Origin: Minisyncoccota bacterium
GTDB lineage: Bacteria > Patescibacteriota > Minisyncoccia > Phycocordibacterales > UBA5272
Assembly (NCBI GenBank): GCA_041651055.1
Contig: JBAZJW010000002.1
Location: 26,980-90,979 of the forward strand
DNA: 64,000 bases
Direction of reading: 5' to 3'
In this document: in pieces, positions 8,587-17,965 of the stretch
Layout of the letters: each line of letters begins with the position of its first letter
Numbering within the stretch: position 1 is the first letter of the stretch
The notes under the pieces: generated by a model
Told to the model about the DNA's origin: nothing
The model's input: the letters and a program-made list of their open reading frames with translations, nothing else
Databases searched by the model: none
Program-made: the position numbers and the translations under genes

Positions 8587-8994
8587 ATGTCTGCTAAATA
8601 TGAACATACAGAACAACTAGTGCAAGCACAAGCAGAGAAACTGAAGGAGTTTGATTCTACCATTAAATCTCTAAAAGATACTATTAGGGACAGGGACGAT
8701 GAAATATCTACAACATATAGAATTAATAAGGCTTTAGAAACAGAAAATGATAATCTTAGGGACCGGAATGAGGAATTAGAAAGCAAGATGCGCGAATTAA
8801 AAGGTGAGTTGAAGAGACAAGAAGTTGGGTCGTCGATTGATGAATATTCAATCATAGGCAGAGAGTTGGTAGAATTTTTGCTGAGCAGAAACAACGGACA
8901 GTGGTGGGTTAAGTCTCCAGTAGAAGTGGTTAGGTCCTTGATGGTGGAGTGGGACTCAGTTCGCGAAAACAATGATCCGTGTATGTTCACGTGA
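8587..8994 (+). CDS. Coiled-coil protein
   Basis: RBS aaggagg; heptad-rich. Confidence 0.5.
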   Translation: MSAKYEHTEQLVQAQAEKLKEFDSTIKSLKDTIRDRDDEISTTYRINKALETENDNLRDRNEELESKMRELKGELKRQEVGSSIDEYSIIGRELVEFLLSRNNGQWWVKSPVEVVRSLMVEWDSVRENNDPCMFT

Positions 8995-9002
8995 GGTGTA
9001 AA

Positions 9003-9470
9003 ATGGGTGTACATGTGCTTGAAACGCTGTTGAGAAAAAAGCCCAATTCTGTACAAAATGGGAATTCTGTACAAAATAAAAGACATGCACCGGCAGAGGC
9101 CATAGTCATACGCGACCGATCTAAGGAATTAAAAGTGGAACAAGCAAAAGTAGAGTCTCAAGAACAAGAGAAAAAAGAGCAACAATCGCCCTCTTTAGAT
9201 GTGGTTAGAAAGTCTATGGAAGAAATCAAAATGCTCACCTTTTCCTATGAGTCGCATGGTGACAAGAAAATTCGTAAGGTTGAACCTTACAAGCTTATGA
9301 GGAACAACAAAGGTGAGATCATTTTGTACGCATACTGTGTGGAATCGAATGGAATACGCGCTTTCAAAATAGACAAGATCGTGGAGTGTGCTGCTGTTGA
9401 AGAAACGTTTATGCCTAGGTGGCCGGTTGAAAATCAATTAGATCCAAAACCAGATCCAGACAAGAAATAA
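9003..9470 (+). CDS. WYL-domain protein
   Basis: KVEPYKLMRNNKGEIILYAYCVESNGIRAFKIDKIVE fits the WYL consensus (R.v.Py.l...g.wYl.ayc...R.Frld+I). Confidence 0.55.
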   Translation: MGVHVLETLLRKKPNSVQNGNSVQNKRHAPAEAIVIRDRSKELKVEQAKVESQEQEKKEQQSPSLDVVRKSMEEIKMLTFSYESHGDKKIRKVEPYKLMRNNKGEIILYAYCVESNGIRAFKIDKIVECAAVEETFMPRWPVENQLDPKPDPDKK

Positions 9471-9474
9471 TATA

Positions 9475-9502
9475 TTTACTGGTGTGTGCACTGACGTATA
9501 AT
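9475..9502 (+). promoter_or_regulatory. Sigma70-like promoter TTTACT-N16-TATAAT
   Basis: TTTACTGGTGT...TATAAT; near-identical -35 context to the promoter at 20726. Confidence 0.5.
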
Positions 9503-9521
9503 TGTGGCGGAGGTACTTTCC

Positions 9522-9887
9522 GTGTCGTATGAAGGTTATACCCAGGCGTTGTGTAAAAATGGGCACCTTCATGTTTATGAATGCTACGATGATCCCACTT
9601 CATGTCCGCAGTGGATGGAAGAGAAAGACTTTGTGCCTTGGAAATGTCCGGATTGTGGAGCACCGCTAGCTTGGTGGAACACGGTTGACCAGACCAATTG
9701 TTGTACCAGCAAGTGTGACTATGGTTTGACAGAGGCAGAGCAAGTGGTGTGCAGAGGTCATGGACACGGCTATGCAGATTTGGAAGTAATAGAGGAATAT
9801 GTTTGCGTTTGTGAAAAGTGCGGGAACAAACACCGTAGCGAAGTAACCCGCTATAAGATTCCGGAGAACAAAGGGCACAGGCAGTGA
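9522..9887 (+). CDS. Cys-rich protein (multiple CxxC)
   Basis: GTG start after ggcggagg; CPQW..CPDCG..CTSKC..CEKCG. Confidence 0.45.
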   Translation: MSYEGYTQALCKNGHLHVYECYDDPTSCPQWMEEKDFVPWKCPDCGAPLAWWNTVDQTNCCTSKCDYGLTEAEQVVCRGHGHGYADLEVIEEYVCVCEKCGNKHRSEVTRYKIPENKGHRQ

Positions 9888-10066
9888 CAGTCTCTGAACT
9901 CATAGCGAATCTGTGCCAATACGATTTAGACAAGGAAGTGCGTGTGTGCACTTTTTGGGTACAGGGATCACAACACTCAATGGGTGTGACTACGGACAAA
10001 GACGGTAACGTGGTGGTGTTTTCTCAAGAAAGAAGGAGCGAGGATGACCAAGGAAGAGCAGGCTAA
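9884..10066 (+). CDS. Hypothetical small protein
   Basis: GTGA overlap with the upstream stop. Confidence 0.3.
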   Translation: MTVSELIANLCQYDLDKEVRVCTFWVQGSQHSMGVTTDKDGNVVVFSQERRSEDDQGRAG

Positions 10067-10334
10067 GGTGATTGCCAACAAGCAATCTGGAGATCAATTT
10101 GATTCAGCTATGAAGCGCGCTGGCCTAGACAGCATGTTCCCTATTCAAAAGATGGTAGACGGTGAGTGGTGTAATGCTGATTGGTGCAATTTGAAATACG
10201 GGGACGTGTTCAGAGAAGTAGACGCTTTTGGGAATCCTAAGTCTGTGGTAATGGTGTCTATCAAGGACGCCGAAAGAGTTGAAGACAAGAACGGTGAAGT
10301 GCATTGGTGTGTGTCTAGCCGCCCCCGCAACTGA
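10044..10334 (+). CDS. Hypothetical protein
   Basis: RBS aaggagcgagg. Confidence 0.45.
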   Translation: MTKEEQAKVIANKQSGDQFDSAMKRAGLDSMFPIQKMVDGEWCNADWCNLKYGDVFREVDAFGNPKSVVMVSIKDAERVEDKNGEVHWCVSSRPRN

Positions 10335-10371
10335 GCTATTATCTTACATATACCTACACATTCAGAAACTA

Positions 10372-10399
10372 TTTACCTTTGCGGTAGTGGTGGTATAAT
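10372..10399 (+). promoter_or_regulatory. Sigma70-like promoter TTTACC-N16-TATAAT
   Basis: Motif match upstream of 10406. Confidence 0.45.
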
Positions 10400-10405
10400 G
10401 CTATT

Positions 10406-10732
10406 ATGAAGCGATACCTAGTATACCCAGAAGGTTATTCACCAGAAATCGCGTCTGGGCCACCTACTCCCTTTCTTCTGGAAATTGGATGTAATTGGAC
10501 TCCAGAGGACACAGAAAAGATGAAGGAATTGGAGAAGGGTGCAGAGATTCACGATCATGTGATCTATGGTAGAGCCTGTCTTGAAATTACCTGTGGTATG
10601 TGCCAGCAACACGGTTACAAGTCAAGCCTTTGTGAAATGGACGAAAACGGAGAACCAGACGTGCCTAACTGCGGGGTTTGTTATTGTGACGAACACGAAC
10701 CAGCTTGCGACAAGTTCAAGCTAAAGTACTAG
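10406..10732 (+). CDS. Cys-rich protein
   Basis: ORF; CGMCQQHG..CGVCYCDEHEPAC. Confidence 0.5.
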   Translation: MKRYLVYPEGYSPEIASGPPTPFLLEIGCNWTPEDTEKMKELEKGAEIHDHVIYGRACLEITCGMCQQHGYKSSLCEMDENGEPDVPNCGVCYCDEHEPACDKFKLKY

Positions 10733-10742
10733 GAGCTAAATC

Positions 10743-11468
10743 ATGTCTAATGCGTTTGAGAAGAAGGAAACCCACCCGTCTTACGGAACCGTGATGTTTG
10801 CTCGTCAAGAGATTGGTGGCACGAACAACCCACATAGGCTGTTTGGTTCTTCTCTAAGGAATCATGCCAGGACTGTTATTCTTCGTATTTGCAAGGCGGA
10901 CTTGTACCACGAATTGGGCAGGGACTGGGTTTTTGGACACGACGTTTTGGCGGAAGTTGAGTTGTCTGCGGCCCAATTCTCAGAACTGCTCACCACCATG
11001 AATGTAGGGTCTGGTGTTCCTTGCACCATCCGACACATGAACGGGATCGGTAAGCCGGAGGATCCCCCTTTCAATGAAGTGGAGATTGATAGGACCCACG
11101 ACCACTTTAAGGAATCTCTCAAGGAGACTGTTGCTTTTATCGAGGAGAGTCAGCGGCAAATGGCCGCTATCCTGGAGAAGCCATCAATTGGTAAGGCAGA
11201 CCGTCTGAAGCTTGCTGATGTCCTGGATAGAGTGCACATGAACATCACGAAGAACATGCCATTCTACTTGGACCAATTCAACCAGGCGGCGCAGCGCGTG
11301 GCGAATGCGGCTAAGGCCGAGGTTGATGCCTTTGTTACTGGAATGGCTATCAAGCTGGGCATCGCAGAGTTGAAGAAGCTTTCCATCGGTTTCGGTGAGG
11401 AGGATAAGAAGCAGTTGAATGCTCCAGATGGTGATGCATTTGGCCTCGAAGACGTAGGAGATAAGTAA
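10743..11468 (+). CDS. Hypothetical protein
   Basis: ORF. Confidence 0.5.
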   Translation: MSNAFEKKETHPSYGTVMFARQEIGGTNNPHRLFGSSLRNHARTVILRICKADLYHELGRDWVFGHDVLAEVELSAAQFSELLTTMNVGSGVPCTIRHMNGIGKPEDPPFNEVEIDRTHDHFKESLKETVAFIEESQRQMAAILEKPSIGKADRLKLADVLDRVHMNITKNMPFYLDQFNQAAQRVANAAKAEVDAFVTGMAIKLGIAELKKLSIGFGEEDKKQLNAPDGDAFGLEDVGDK

Positions 11469-11646
11469 GTGTTTAGGAATATTTGCACTGTAATTATGCT
11501 GGCCGCCATATATGCAAATGATGTAGGCAGCCCGTCTAAACCACACGGGCTTACGGGATTTGGGAAGGTACTAACGAATGGACTAAGTATCAGTGAGTTC
11601 GCTGCGCTGATAAATGCTTATGTGGGTAAGTAAAGGAGCATGTGCT

Positions 11647-11907
11647 GTGAGCCAGAAAGAACTTGAAACCAAATTGCAGGAATTGTGTCAGTACTACAGA
11701 AACCTTTCAGAAAACATGTTAAAGAATATTCATACAGTGTCTAACACGCATCTGGCAAAAGTGCTTTCCATGGTAGCTGTAAACATCGAAGATGTGCTGG
11801 AAGAAGTAAAAGAGAAGCAGTTGGATGCCACAGGTGAGGTGGTGTCTCAAGAGGAAATTAATGACATGACTGATGAAGAGTTGGCAGAATACATTAAGAA
11901 TGGATAA
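11647..11907 (+). CDS. Hypothetical protein
   Basis: GTG start after aaaggag RBS. Confidence 0.4.
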   Translation: MSQKELETKLQELCQYYRNLSENMLKNIHTVSNTHLAKVLSMVAVNIEDVLEEVKEKQLDATGEVVSQEEINDMTDEELAEYIKNG

Positions 11908-11909
11908 AT

Positions 11910-12248
11910 ATGATGAAACCCTTTTACTCACACTACGATTGGCTTGACGATAATTTCTACCAATTCTTGATTAATTTAGGAATAGGGCATATATGTGCTC
12001 TAGCTAACACGAGTTTAATTGTAGCGCACGGGGACAAATGTTATCAATATAGTAAACGGTTTGAGCAGGCAGGGCTCCCTCTTGAGTACGGTGTTGCTAT
12101 CTATCTGCTTACGCATATTAGTCCATGGAGCACGGAGTGCAGGGAAACGAAAAATGGTTGGGTTGATCCTTGTGAATGGGTGATCGCTAACAAGGACAGG
12201 TTTTTGAAACATTTGCCACCTGCAATGAAGAAGGAGCAGGATAGATGA
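11910..12248 (+). CDS. Hypothetical protein
   Basis: ORF. Confidence 0.45.
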   Translation: MMKPFYSHYDWLDDNFYQFLINLGIGHICALANTSLIVAHGDKCYQYSKRFEQAGLPLEYGVAIYLLTHISPWSTECRETKNGWVDPCEWVIANKDRFLKHLPPAMKKEQDR

Positions 12249-12616
12249 TTGACACTAGATTGGCGGCATTTCATGTAGATGAAAAAGACCGCATAGTGTT
12301 TTACGTTGAGGGGTGTTACCCCGAAGACGTGGGTGGGTATGAAAAGATCATGGAACTAACCACCAATGATGTGGTTCAACTCATCGGTGCTGGCATAACA
12401 GAAAATTCTCAAGACTGGATTAGTACGTATCACAATCTTGTAAAACTCTTCCCAAACAAAGGATATACAGCCATAAATGTTCACCTTGGAGAAGTTATAG
12501 CAATCTACAAAAGGGACTTTGACTGGTTTCTTATCAAGATGAAGAGTAAGATTGAAATTAAAGACTTAGAAAAAAGGGTTAGGAAGATTGATTCTAAGGA
12601 TCACCTTATTAAATAA
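12245..12616 (+). CDS. Hypothetical protein
   Basis: ORF overlapping the upstream stop. Confidence 0.45.
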   Translation: MIDTRLAAFHVDEKDRIVFYVEGCYPEDVGGYEKIMELTTNDVVQLIGAGITENSQDWISTYHNLVKLFPNKGYTAINVHLGEVIAIYKRDFDWFLIKMKSKIEIKDLEKRVRKIDSKDHLIK

Positions 12617-12627
12617 GGAGCAGGTTA

Positions 12628-13080
12628 ATGAACATGTTTAAGTTTCCTGTTCTAGGGGATCCTCCATTTACTTCACTGAGTAAGGATAAAGCAGTTGCTG
12701 AATTACATAATGCGGGAGTTGCACGAGAAAGGGTGGTAATTAGCTATAGTGAAGTATGTAAGGACAGCGAATTTACGCCATCGGGGTGTGCTTGTTGGAA
12801 AACTGTGTACTCTGTTAAAGCAAAGGTTAATGACTGGGAGTTTTATAGGGATTGGTGCTATTGGGTTGCGTCGGCAGAGAGGGGTGGCGGTCTTACTAAA
12901 AGTCAAGCAGAGGGCTTGAATAAGTTGTACCGTAAAGAGATTAGAGCATACGGGTTTGCTGGTGGTACAGACATAGGAGGCGCTGATCATACCATGGTTC
13001 ATCTGTATCATATTGATACTACGCGTGGGTTAAAGGTGTTTGTAGATATATTGCAAAATAGAAAACGTGTGAGGATCTGA
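12628..13080 (+). CDS. Hypothetical protein
   Basis: RBS aaggagcagg. Confidence 0.45.
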   Translation: MNMFKFPVLGDPPFTSLSKDKAVAELHNAGVARERVVISYSEVCKDSEFTPSGCACWKTVYSVKAKVNDWEFYRDWCYWVASAERGGGLTKSQAEGLNKLYRKEIRAYGFAGGTDIGGADHTMVHLYHIDTTRGLKVFVDILQNRKRVRI

Positions 13081-13081
13081 C

Positions 13082-13339
13082 GTGAAAGATCTTTTGCTAT
13101 GCAGATACCGCATAGATCACGGGTGTGGGTCAAGCTATGTGGTGGATGTTCCATTAGAAGAAGATGATGTAAAGTTCACGGATGACATAACATGCGCTAC
13201 GTTGTATGAAAGAAACGATATTCCGTTGTCTATGTGCGATGGAATTCTAGGCCCAGCAAAAGATACGTTTGTGACTTGTAGGGTCGTAAGAGAAAATGTA
13301 AAGTTGACTGTGGAGAACGAAGAAGAAATAATTGTATAA
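13082..13339 (+). CDS. Hypothetical protein
   Basis: GTG start adjacent to the upstream stop. Confidence 0.4.
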   Translation: MKDLLLCRYRIDHGCGSSYVVDVPLEEDDVKFTDDITCATLYERNDIPLSMCDGILGPAKDTFVTCRVVRENVKLTVENEEEIIV

Positions 13340-13346
13340 AGGGGCA

Positions 13347-13559
13347 ATGAATATGAAATTTGTAACGCAATGTGTACTAACAGTAGAAGATACTAATCTT
13401 ATGTGTAATGTTGTAACTTACACAGGTCATTGTAGCGCAGACAAACTTCATCAGACAATTTGTAACTACACGAAGCATGTACTTAGAGTAAATAAATCCT
13501 TTAACAGGTATACTCGTTTGTGTGCTGAACTGTTCTATACACTCAGAATGTGTATGTAG
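13347..13559 (+). CDS. Hypothetical Cys-containing small protein
   Basis: RBS aaagggg. Confidence 0.3.
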   Translation: MNMKFVTQCVLTVEDTNLMCNVVTYTGHCSADKLHQTICNYTKHVLRVNKSFNRYTRLCAELFYTLRMCM

Positions 13560-13577
13560 GATGTGGAGGAGTAAGTT

Positions 13578-13931
13578 ATGGAATACTCTCGCAGAACGTC
13601 TGGAACTCACATGGGCGCTGTTCGACGTTGGATTCAGACTCGGTTTCATAACGGAGATACTGTCCATTGGAGTAGTCAAGAAAAGCTGTTTGGGGTAAGT
13701 GATTCTATTACCCCAGCCATCTTAGAGGAGGCGGCCCAAGTGGTGCACGACGCGATGTTGAAGGAATTTGCCAAGTTCCTTCGACAGCATACCGGGGTGT
13801 GCTCCCCTTCGGACAAATTCGTTCCTAATACCGATAGACCGCTTATGTGTAATAAATGCGGTATGCACAAAGACGTTCATGATCTGGTAGATGTTTTGAA
13901 TGGTTTGGAAGGATCGGTTGACGTGCTGTAG
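13578..13931 (+). CDS. Hypothetical protein
   Basis: RBS ggaggag. Confidence 0.45.
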   Translation: MEYSRRTSGTHMGAVRRWIQTRFHNGDTVHWSSQEKLFGVSDSITPAILEEAAQVVHDAMLKEFAKFLRQHTGVCSPSDKFVPNTDRPLMCNKCGMHKDVHDLVDVLNGLEGSVDVL

Positions 13932-13941
13932 GAGGTAAGCA

Positions 13942-14163
13942 ATGTCTAACCATGCAATTAGTGGCTTAATTGAGGCACTCAACATCTTCAAAAAGTATGC
14001 AATCAATGAGCATGGTGAGGAGAAATCCTATGTAACTAGCGCCGAGCATGATGTGATCTATGTGAATGTAGATCCTGAGAATGTGCGTGATGAAGATAAG
14101 AAGAGGTTAGAGGAGTTAGGTTGGAATCCTGATGAAGGGGTGGGATTCAGATACTACACATGA
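13942..14163 (+). CDS. Small protein, paralog of the 53434 gene
   Basis: AEHDVIYVNVDPENVRDEDKKRLEELGWNP aligns with AEHDVIYALVDTKKISAQDLNKLKELGWCI. Confidence 0.45.
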   Translation: MSNHAISGLIEALNIFKKYAINEHGEEKSYVTSAEHDVIYVNVDPENVRDEDKKRLEELGWNPDEGVGFRYYT

Positions 14164-14175
14164 AGGGGGTTTGAC

Positions 14176-14319
14176 ATGGACAAGAATCCTGTGCGTAATT
14201 GGACCCCAAACCTTACAGCAGAGTTTGACTGCAACAGGCCGCTGCCAACCCTCACGCTACAGAGAATAGAAAAGTTTACTTACCAGTCAAGAGGCGTATG
14301 GCGTAGCTATGGAAAATAA
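14176..14319 (+). CDS. Candidate 47-aa small protein
   Basis: Strong RBS gaaggggg 5 nt upstream of the ATG. Confidence 0.3.
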   Translation: MDKNPVRNWTPNLTAEFDCNRPLPTLTLQRIEKFTYQSRGVWRSYGK

Positions 14320-14648
14320 TGAAAAAGGCAGAAACAGGATTGAGGAAAGAACGGTACTGAAGTCATTTAAAATTAGGACCAGCCACTCTCATAGTGCCAA
14401 ATGCCATTTGTTTTGTACATACTTTGAAATTGTTAAAATACCCGTTGAGGATAGTGTGTCTGTGGGCATGAGGTGCGCTTTATTTAACACCCCTTTGTTG
14501 TATGGTAATTTCACAGGTAAATTTGAGAACGAATTGGTGAGGATGTGTAGAAAAAAGGGGAAAGGCGTGCTACAACCATATAGATGCATTGAGTGCATTA
14601 CAGCCGAAAAAGTGTGTAATAGTGCATCAGCACTGAGGAACTTGTGAT

Positions 14649-14900
14649 ATGTGTCAGCCAAAGTGTGTGGTTGAAAAGGATGAGATCAAGTTTATTGATA
14701 TGACCCCGGATGATTTATTGCCAACCAGGATCTTAATAGCCTATCTCAGCAGCACTTATTCAACCTGGGAAACGGAAGGTCTAGATGACAGCCAAAAGAA
14801 GATGTATGACATATTGAATCAAGCACAACTGGAGAGACGAGACATACTGCGCAGCGCGATTGACCTGTTGCATACCTTCCCATTTGGTGTCAAGAAGTGA
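14649..14900 (+). CDS. Hypothetical protein
   Basis: ORF. Confidence 0.4.
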   Translation: MCQPKCVVEKDEIKFIDMTPDDLLPTRILIAYLSSTYSTWETEGLDDSQKKMYDILNQAQLERRDILRSAIDLLHTFPFGVKK

Positions 14901-15100
14901 CTATACTACAACTACAAGAGTTGCACGGTGCGTTACTTGAAGCGTGCATAACTATGAAGCGCGTGTTGTGTGGGGTGAAGTTCGAAGGTGTATTTCAAAA
15001 TGAAGTATCCAGACCATTGGCTGCAGTAAGTAAACAATTGTTTGTAGTCAAGAAGCTGATAGAGGAAGCAAATAATGTTGGTGGTAAACAGCAATTTTGA
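14897..15100 (+). CDS. Hypothetical protein
   Basis: GTG start overlapping the upstream stop. Confidence 0.35.
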   Translation: MTILQLQELHGALLEACITMKRVLCGVKFEGVFQNEVSRPLAAVSKQLFVVKKLIEEANNVGGKQQF

Positions 15101-15440
15101 AGAAGTAAAACTGTGTGACACGTTTGAGTTGCTGTCAAACGATTTGTGCAGAGTATTTGTTTCCGGGGACACAATTGTTGTTAGGAAGAGAGATGGCATA
15201 CATATGTTGGATATGTATGTGGGTGAAATCTTTGTGTGCGGTGTTCATATAAAGATGGTGTCAGGACCAATAGGCGAAACATATGTTGTTTTGTGGAAAG
15301 ATGAGTGGCCCGATGAAAGTTTGTTGGGGTGTGTGCTATATAATGATGGTGACAACTTAGATGATCGGTATAAGACAGTGTTGAGGTTGTTGTTTGATGA
15401 AGTGAAAGGTGAGTGTGGTGAGTGCAATGAAACTGCCTGA
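15075..15440 (+). CDS. Hypothetical protein
   Basis: ORF. Confidence 0.4.
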   Translation: MLVVNSNFEEVKLCDTFELLSNDLCRVFVSGDTIVVRKRDGIHMLDMYVGEIFVCGVHIKMVSGPIGETYVVLWKDEWPDESLLGCVLYNDGDNLDDRYKTVLRLLFDEVKGECGECNETA

Positions 15441-15846
15441 AATTCTAATAGTATCGGTGCTTGCAGCTCTTGTTGTATTTACTTGTGCGAACATACCTAA
15501 GTATGCGCCGCCCGAAATGCCGAAACCTTCCGAGTGTGAGTTAGTGATTGACAGGATCACTAATTCGTTGAATGAGGCCCGGGACGCACTGAAGACTAGC
15601 ATCAAAGGAAAGATAGTTCATTTCGAAAATAGACTGCTTTCGGTCATGTGCTTGGAGAAGGAGCATGTGGCGGTACATGTCATGCTCGATGCAGTTATCA
15701 AGCTGGAAGGTGACAAGGCACCACACGTGTGTATCTCTTCGCTGTTTATTATAGAAGGAGAATTTAGTAAAGATGGTGAATTGGACGCAAAATTGTTGGG
15801 CGTGTACCCCGGCGAAGAAACGATTTGTGAGTACCAGGAAGAGTAG
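15427..15846 (+). CDS. Signal-anchored or secreted protein
   Basis: MKLPEILIVSVLAALVVFTCANIP hydrophobic N-terminus. Confidence 0.45.
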   Translation: MKLPEILIVSVLAALVVFTCANIPKYAPPEMPKPSECELVIDRITNSLNEARDALKTSIKGKIVHFENRLLSVMCLEKEHVAVHVMLDAVIKLEGDKAPHVCISSLFIIEGEFSKDGELDAKLLGVYPGEETICEYQEE

Positions 15847-15848
15847 TC

Positions 15849-16466
15849 GTGCGGAAAAGCAAGGAATTTTATATTGCCAGGACCGCCTCTGTCCGTGAGT
15901 TGTATTTACTGGGGGTTGGCGTTCATCAGATAAAGAAATATCTGAATGTGCCTAATGGTACAAGTGTCAAGAATATGGTTAAGGATTTGGAATACGGATC
16001 AGATTTTGATTTGGACGCTGTTTGTTTATATATTCTTCATAGAGGTGATGTAGTAGAACTGTACTGTAATGAACACAAATCTATAGCGTTTATTGCAAAT
16101 AAGTATAGTGTAAAAGGTGCTGTCATAAAGCAGGTGCTCAAAACTGTGGGCGTTGTTATTGACAACCGCAGGCGCATGAGCGAACTAGAAGAAAAGACGC
16201 TGTGCGCAGTAAAATTACTTGGATGGACACCATTTGGTGGTATGTGGTTAATGGGCGCAAACAAAATTAACTGGATAATTCATGAGCACGAAGAAAGAGT
16301 GAGCCGCAAAAGAGTAGGTAAAATAGAACAAAAGAAAATCGAGCAACCAATTAGACCTGAGCTAAGTAAGATCAAGGATGCGGCGCACCAAAATGTGGGT
16401 GTGTTTTTGAATGCGCGAGAGTGTCAAAGGCTGTACCTGATAAACTTGGATTACAGCAAAATATGA
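15849..16466 (+). CDS. Hypothetical protein with HTH-like N-terminus
   Basis: ORF. Confidence 0.45.
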   Translation: MRKSKEFYIARTASVRELYLLGVGVHQIKKYLNVPNGTSVKNMVKDLEYGSDFDLDAVCLYILHRGDVVELYCNEHKSIAFIANKYSVKGAVIKQVLKTVGVVIDNRRRMSELEEKTLCAVKLLGWTPFGGMWLMGANKINWIIHEHEERVSRKRVGKIEQKKIEQPIRPELSKIKDAAHQNVGVFLNARECQRLYLINLDYSKI

Positions 16467-16494
16467 CCACACATGACCATACGTTGTGGGTATA

Positions 16495-16522
16495 TTTACT
16501 CCCTGACGATTGATGGTATAAT
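16495..16522 (+). promoter_or_regulatory. Sigma70-like promoter TTTACT-N16-TATAAT driving the ORF-free GC-rich interval
   Basis: TTTACT 16495-16500, 16-nt spacer, TATAAT 16517-16522. Confidence 0.55.
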
Positions 16523-16528
16523 ACATTT

Positions 16529-17950
16529 GAAGATAGCAGAGATCATTGGAAATCGGCGGCACTAGAAAAAGCCAAGAAATGGAGGTTAAATATGGACTGG
16601 TCGAGTACAAAGCCCTGACCAAGCTTTGACGTACGGCAGAGCGAGGAAGGGATCTTCAAGCTTGTGTGGTGTGCTGGTCTGGCCAGGCTAACACAGGTGC
16701 GAGGAAGAGTATTGGACCGTGAAAGTACGCCCCCAGGGATGGGACGCCACCCTGGAGTCACGGTTTCCTTGAAATCCAAAATCTAAGAAAGATGGTGCTC
16801 CAATGCGCTAGTTTGATTTGACACCAAACCGTTTGACATGTGAATGCTGAAAGACGAAAGTGTGATTGAGTATAACAAATTAATGGAGCGCAAATGCTGT
16901 GGCGGTATAAATCCGTAAGGCACCATGTTCTTTGAAAAGTAATGTTCTTCTAACCAGGTGCGTGTGGCGACCGAAGACTTTTGTTGTTTTCGGTTTTGTG
17001 CTAACAGGTATTTGGTTAGAGGAAAAGGAGGCTGGCTTACGTTGCCGGAAAACTGGCGGGCTAGCACGCTGTGTGGTGGTAGAAATCCACAAGCCTCCTT
17101 CGTTCTTTGAAAAGTAATGGCTGATGTGGTGGAAAACCGCCCCGCGATTGACTGTCGCACATCATTTGATCCTGGGAGGGCTTGATCACCCTCCCCGATA
17201 AAATGACTGGTGTGGGGTGCCTACGTGCTGGGCTCAAACCATCCAATAGTCAAGGAAAGCGAGCACGCGCATCAGCCAGTTCTTTGAAAAGCGGGTGTTG
17301 CGATCTTATGTTGATGTGCACAGAGACATAAGACAGGCGACTTGCTACTGCCACGGTGGGATGCAAGTGTGGTTCAATTCCACGAACGCCCATTCTGTTC
17401 TTTGAATTTTTGCGGTTTGGCTCGTGCTACCGTTCCGTGCAAACCGGTACTGTCTGGTAGAGTCAGGCCACGAGCCAATAATGTTCCCGAACTGCATACC
17501 GGCGGTCGTGCAGGCGGTTGGTGTGTGGTCGGGATCTGGGGGCCTGATTAGCCCCGCCTACTCCAGGGTGCCCTTAAGTGGACGCCTAAGTGGTGCCGCC
17601 GCAGTGCGACGCCCGGAGTAGTTGTCCCACTGCATTGGTAGATGCAGTGTGTTCGTGCCTGTGCTAAAGGACGAACATGGGGAGCCGCCGTCCCCTAGGA
17701 GCAAGGAGATGTCCTACCAGAGCATCGAACGGCACTTTTGGAATCGCTTAGGGCAGCATCCTTGGCACATGGGCCTAACGTCGGATGGCCAACTACGTGC
17801 ACGGGATGCTGCCCATTGTTGCAGGTGAAGCATGAAGATCTTGATCCTAGAAGACTCTGCGAACGCTGTTGGGTGGAACAACATCAAGGCGGCGTTGCCC
17901 AATGCTATCAAGGCACCCAATCTGTGGGAGTACTTTGATGAAGTGTTCAG
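16529..17950 (+). ncRNA. Candidate large structured non-coding RNA region (GC-rich, no ORF, internal repeats)
   Basis: About 1.4 kb with only short ORFs on either strand. GC is visibly higher than the flanks. Four copies of GTTCTTTGAA(AAG) at 16927, 17102, 17279 and 17397. Many GC hairpins, e.g. GGGAGGG-N9-CCCTCCC and a T-arm-like GTGGTTCAATTCCAC. A promoter sits immediately upstream. Confidence 0.4.
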
Positions 17951-17965
17951 GATGCTGAAACTGCC

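Noticed and set aside
8532-9086. 184-aa minus-strand ORF
   Set aside because: It is antisense to two well-supported + strand genes; there is no RBS.
14309-14647. 112-aa ORF MENNEKGRN...
   Set aside because: No clear RBS; it overlaps a better-supported small gene (14176-14319); it is overlapped by an equal-length antisense ORF; the composition is odd. It was left unannotated, though a real gene cannot be excluded.
16783-17160. 125-aa minus-strand ORF and several 60-70-aa ORFs inside the 16.5-17.95 kb interval
   Set aside because: None has an RBS, they overlap one another on both strands, the translated composition is implausible, and the region behaves like structured RNA.
17335-17392. tRNA-like T-arm GTGGTTCAATTCCAC, examined as a possible third tRNA
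   Set aside because: Only about 55 nt lie between the putative acceptor halves, there is no anticodon arm, and acceptor pairing is 5 of 7. It is not a canonical tRNA; it is kept only as a structural element of the ncRNA candidate.
16927-17406. Four GTTCTTTGAA repeats considered as a CRISPR array
   Set aside because: The repeats are 10-18 nt and the spacers about 160 nt, which is not CRISPR geometry. There are no cas genes.
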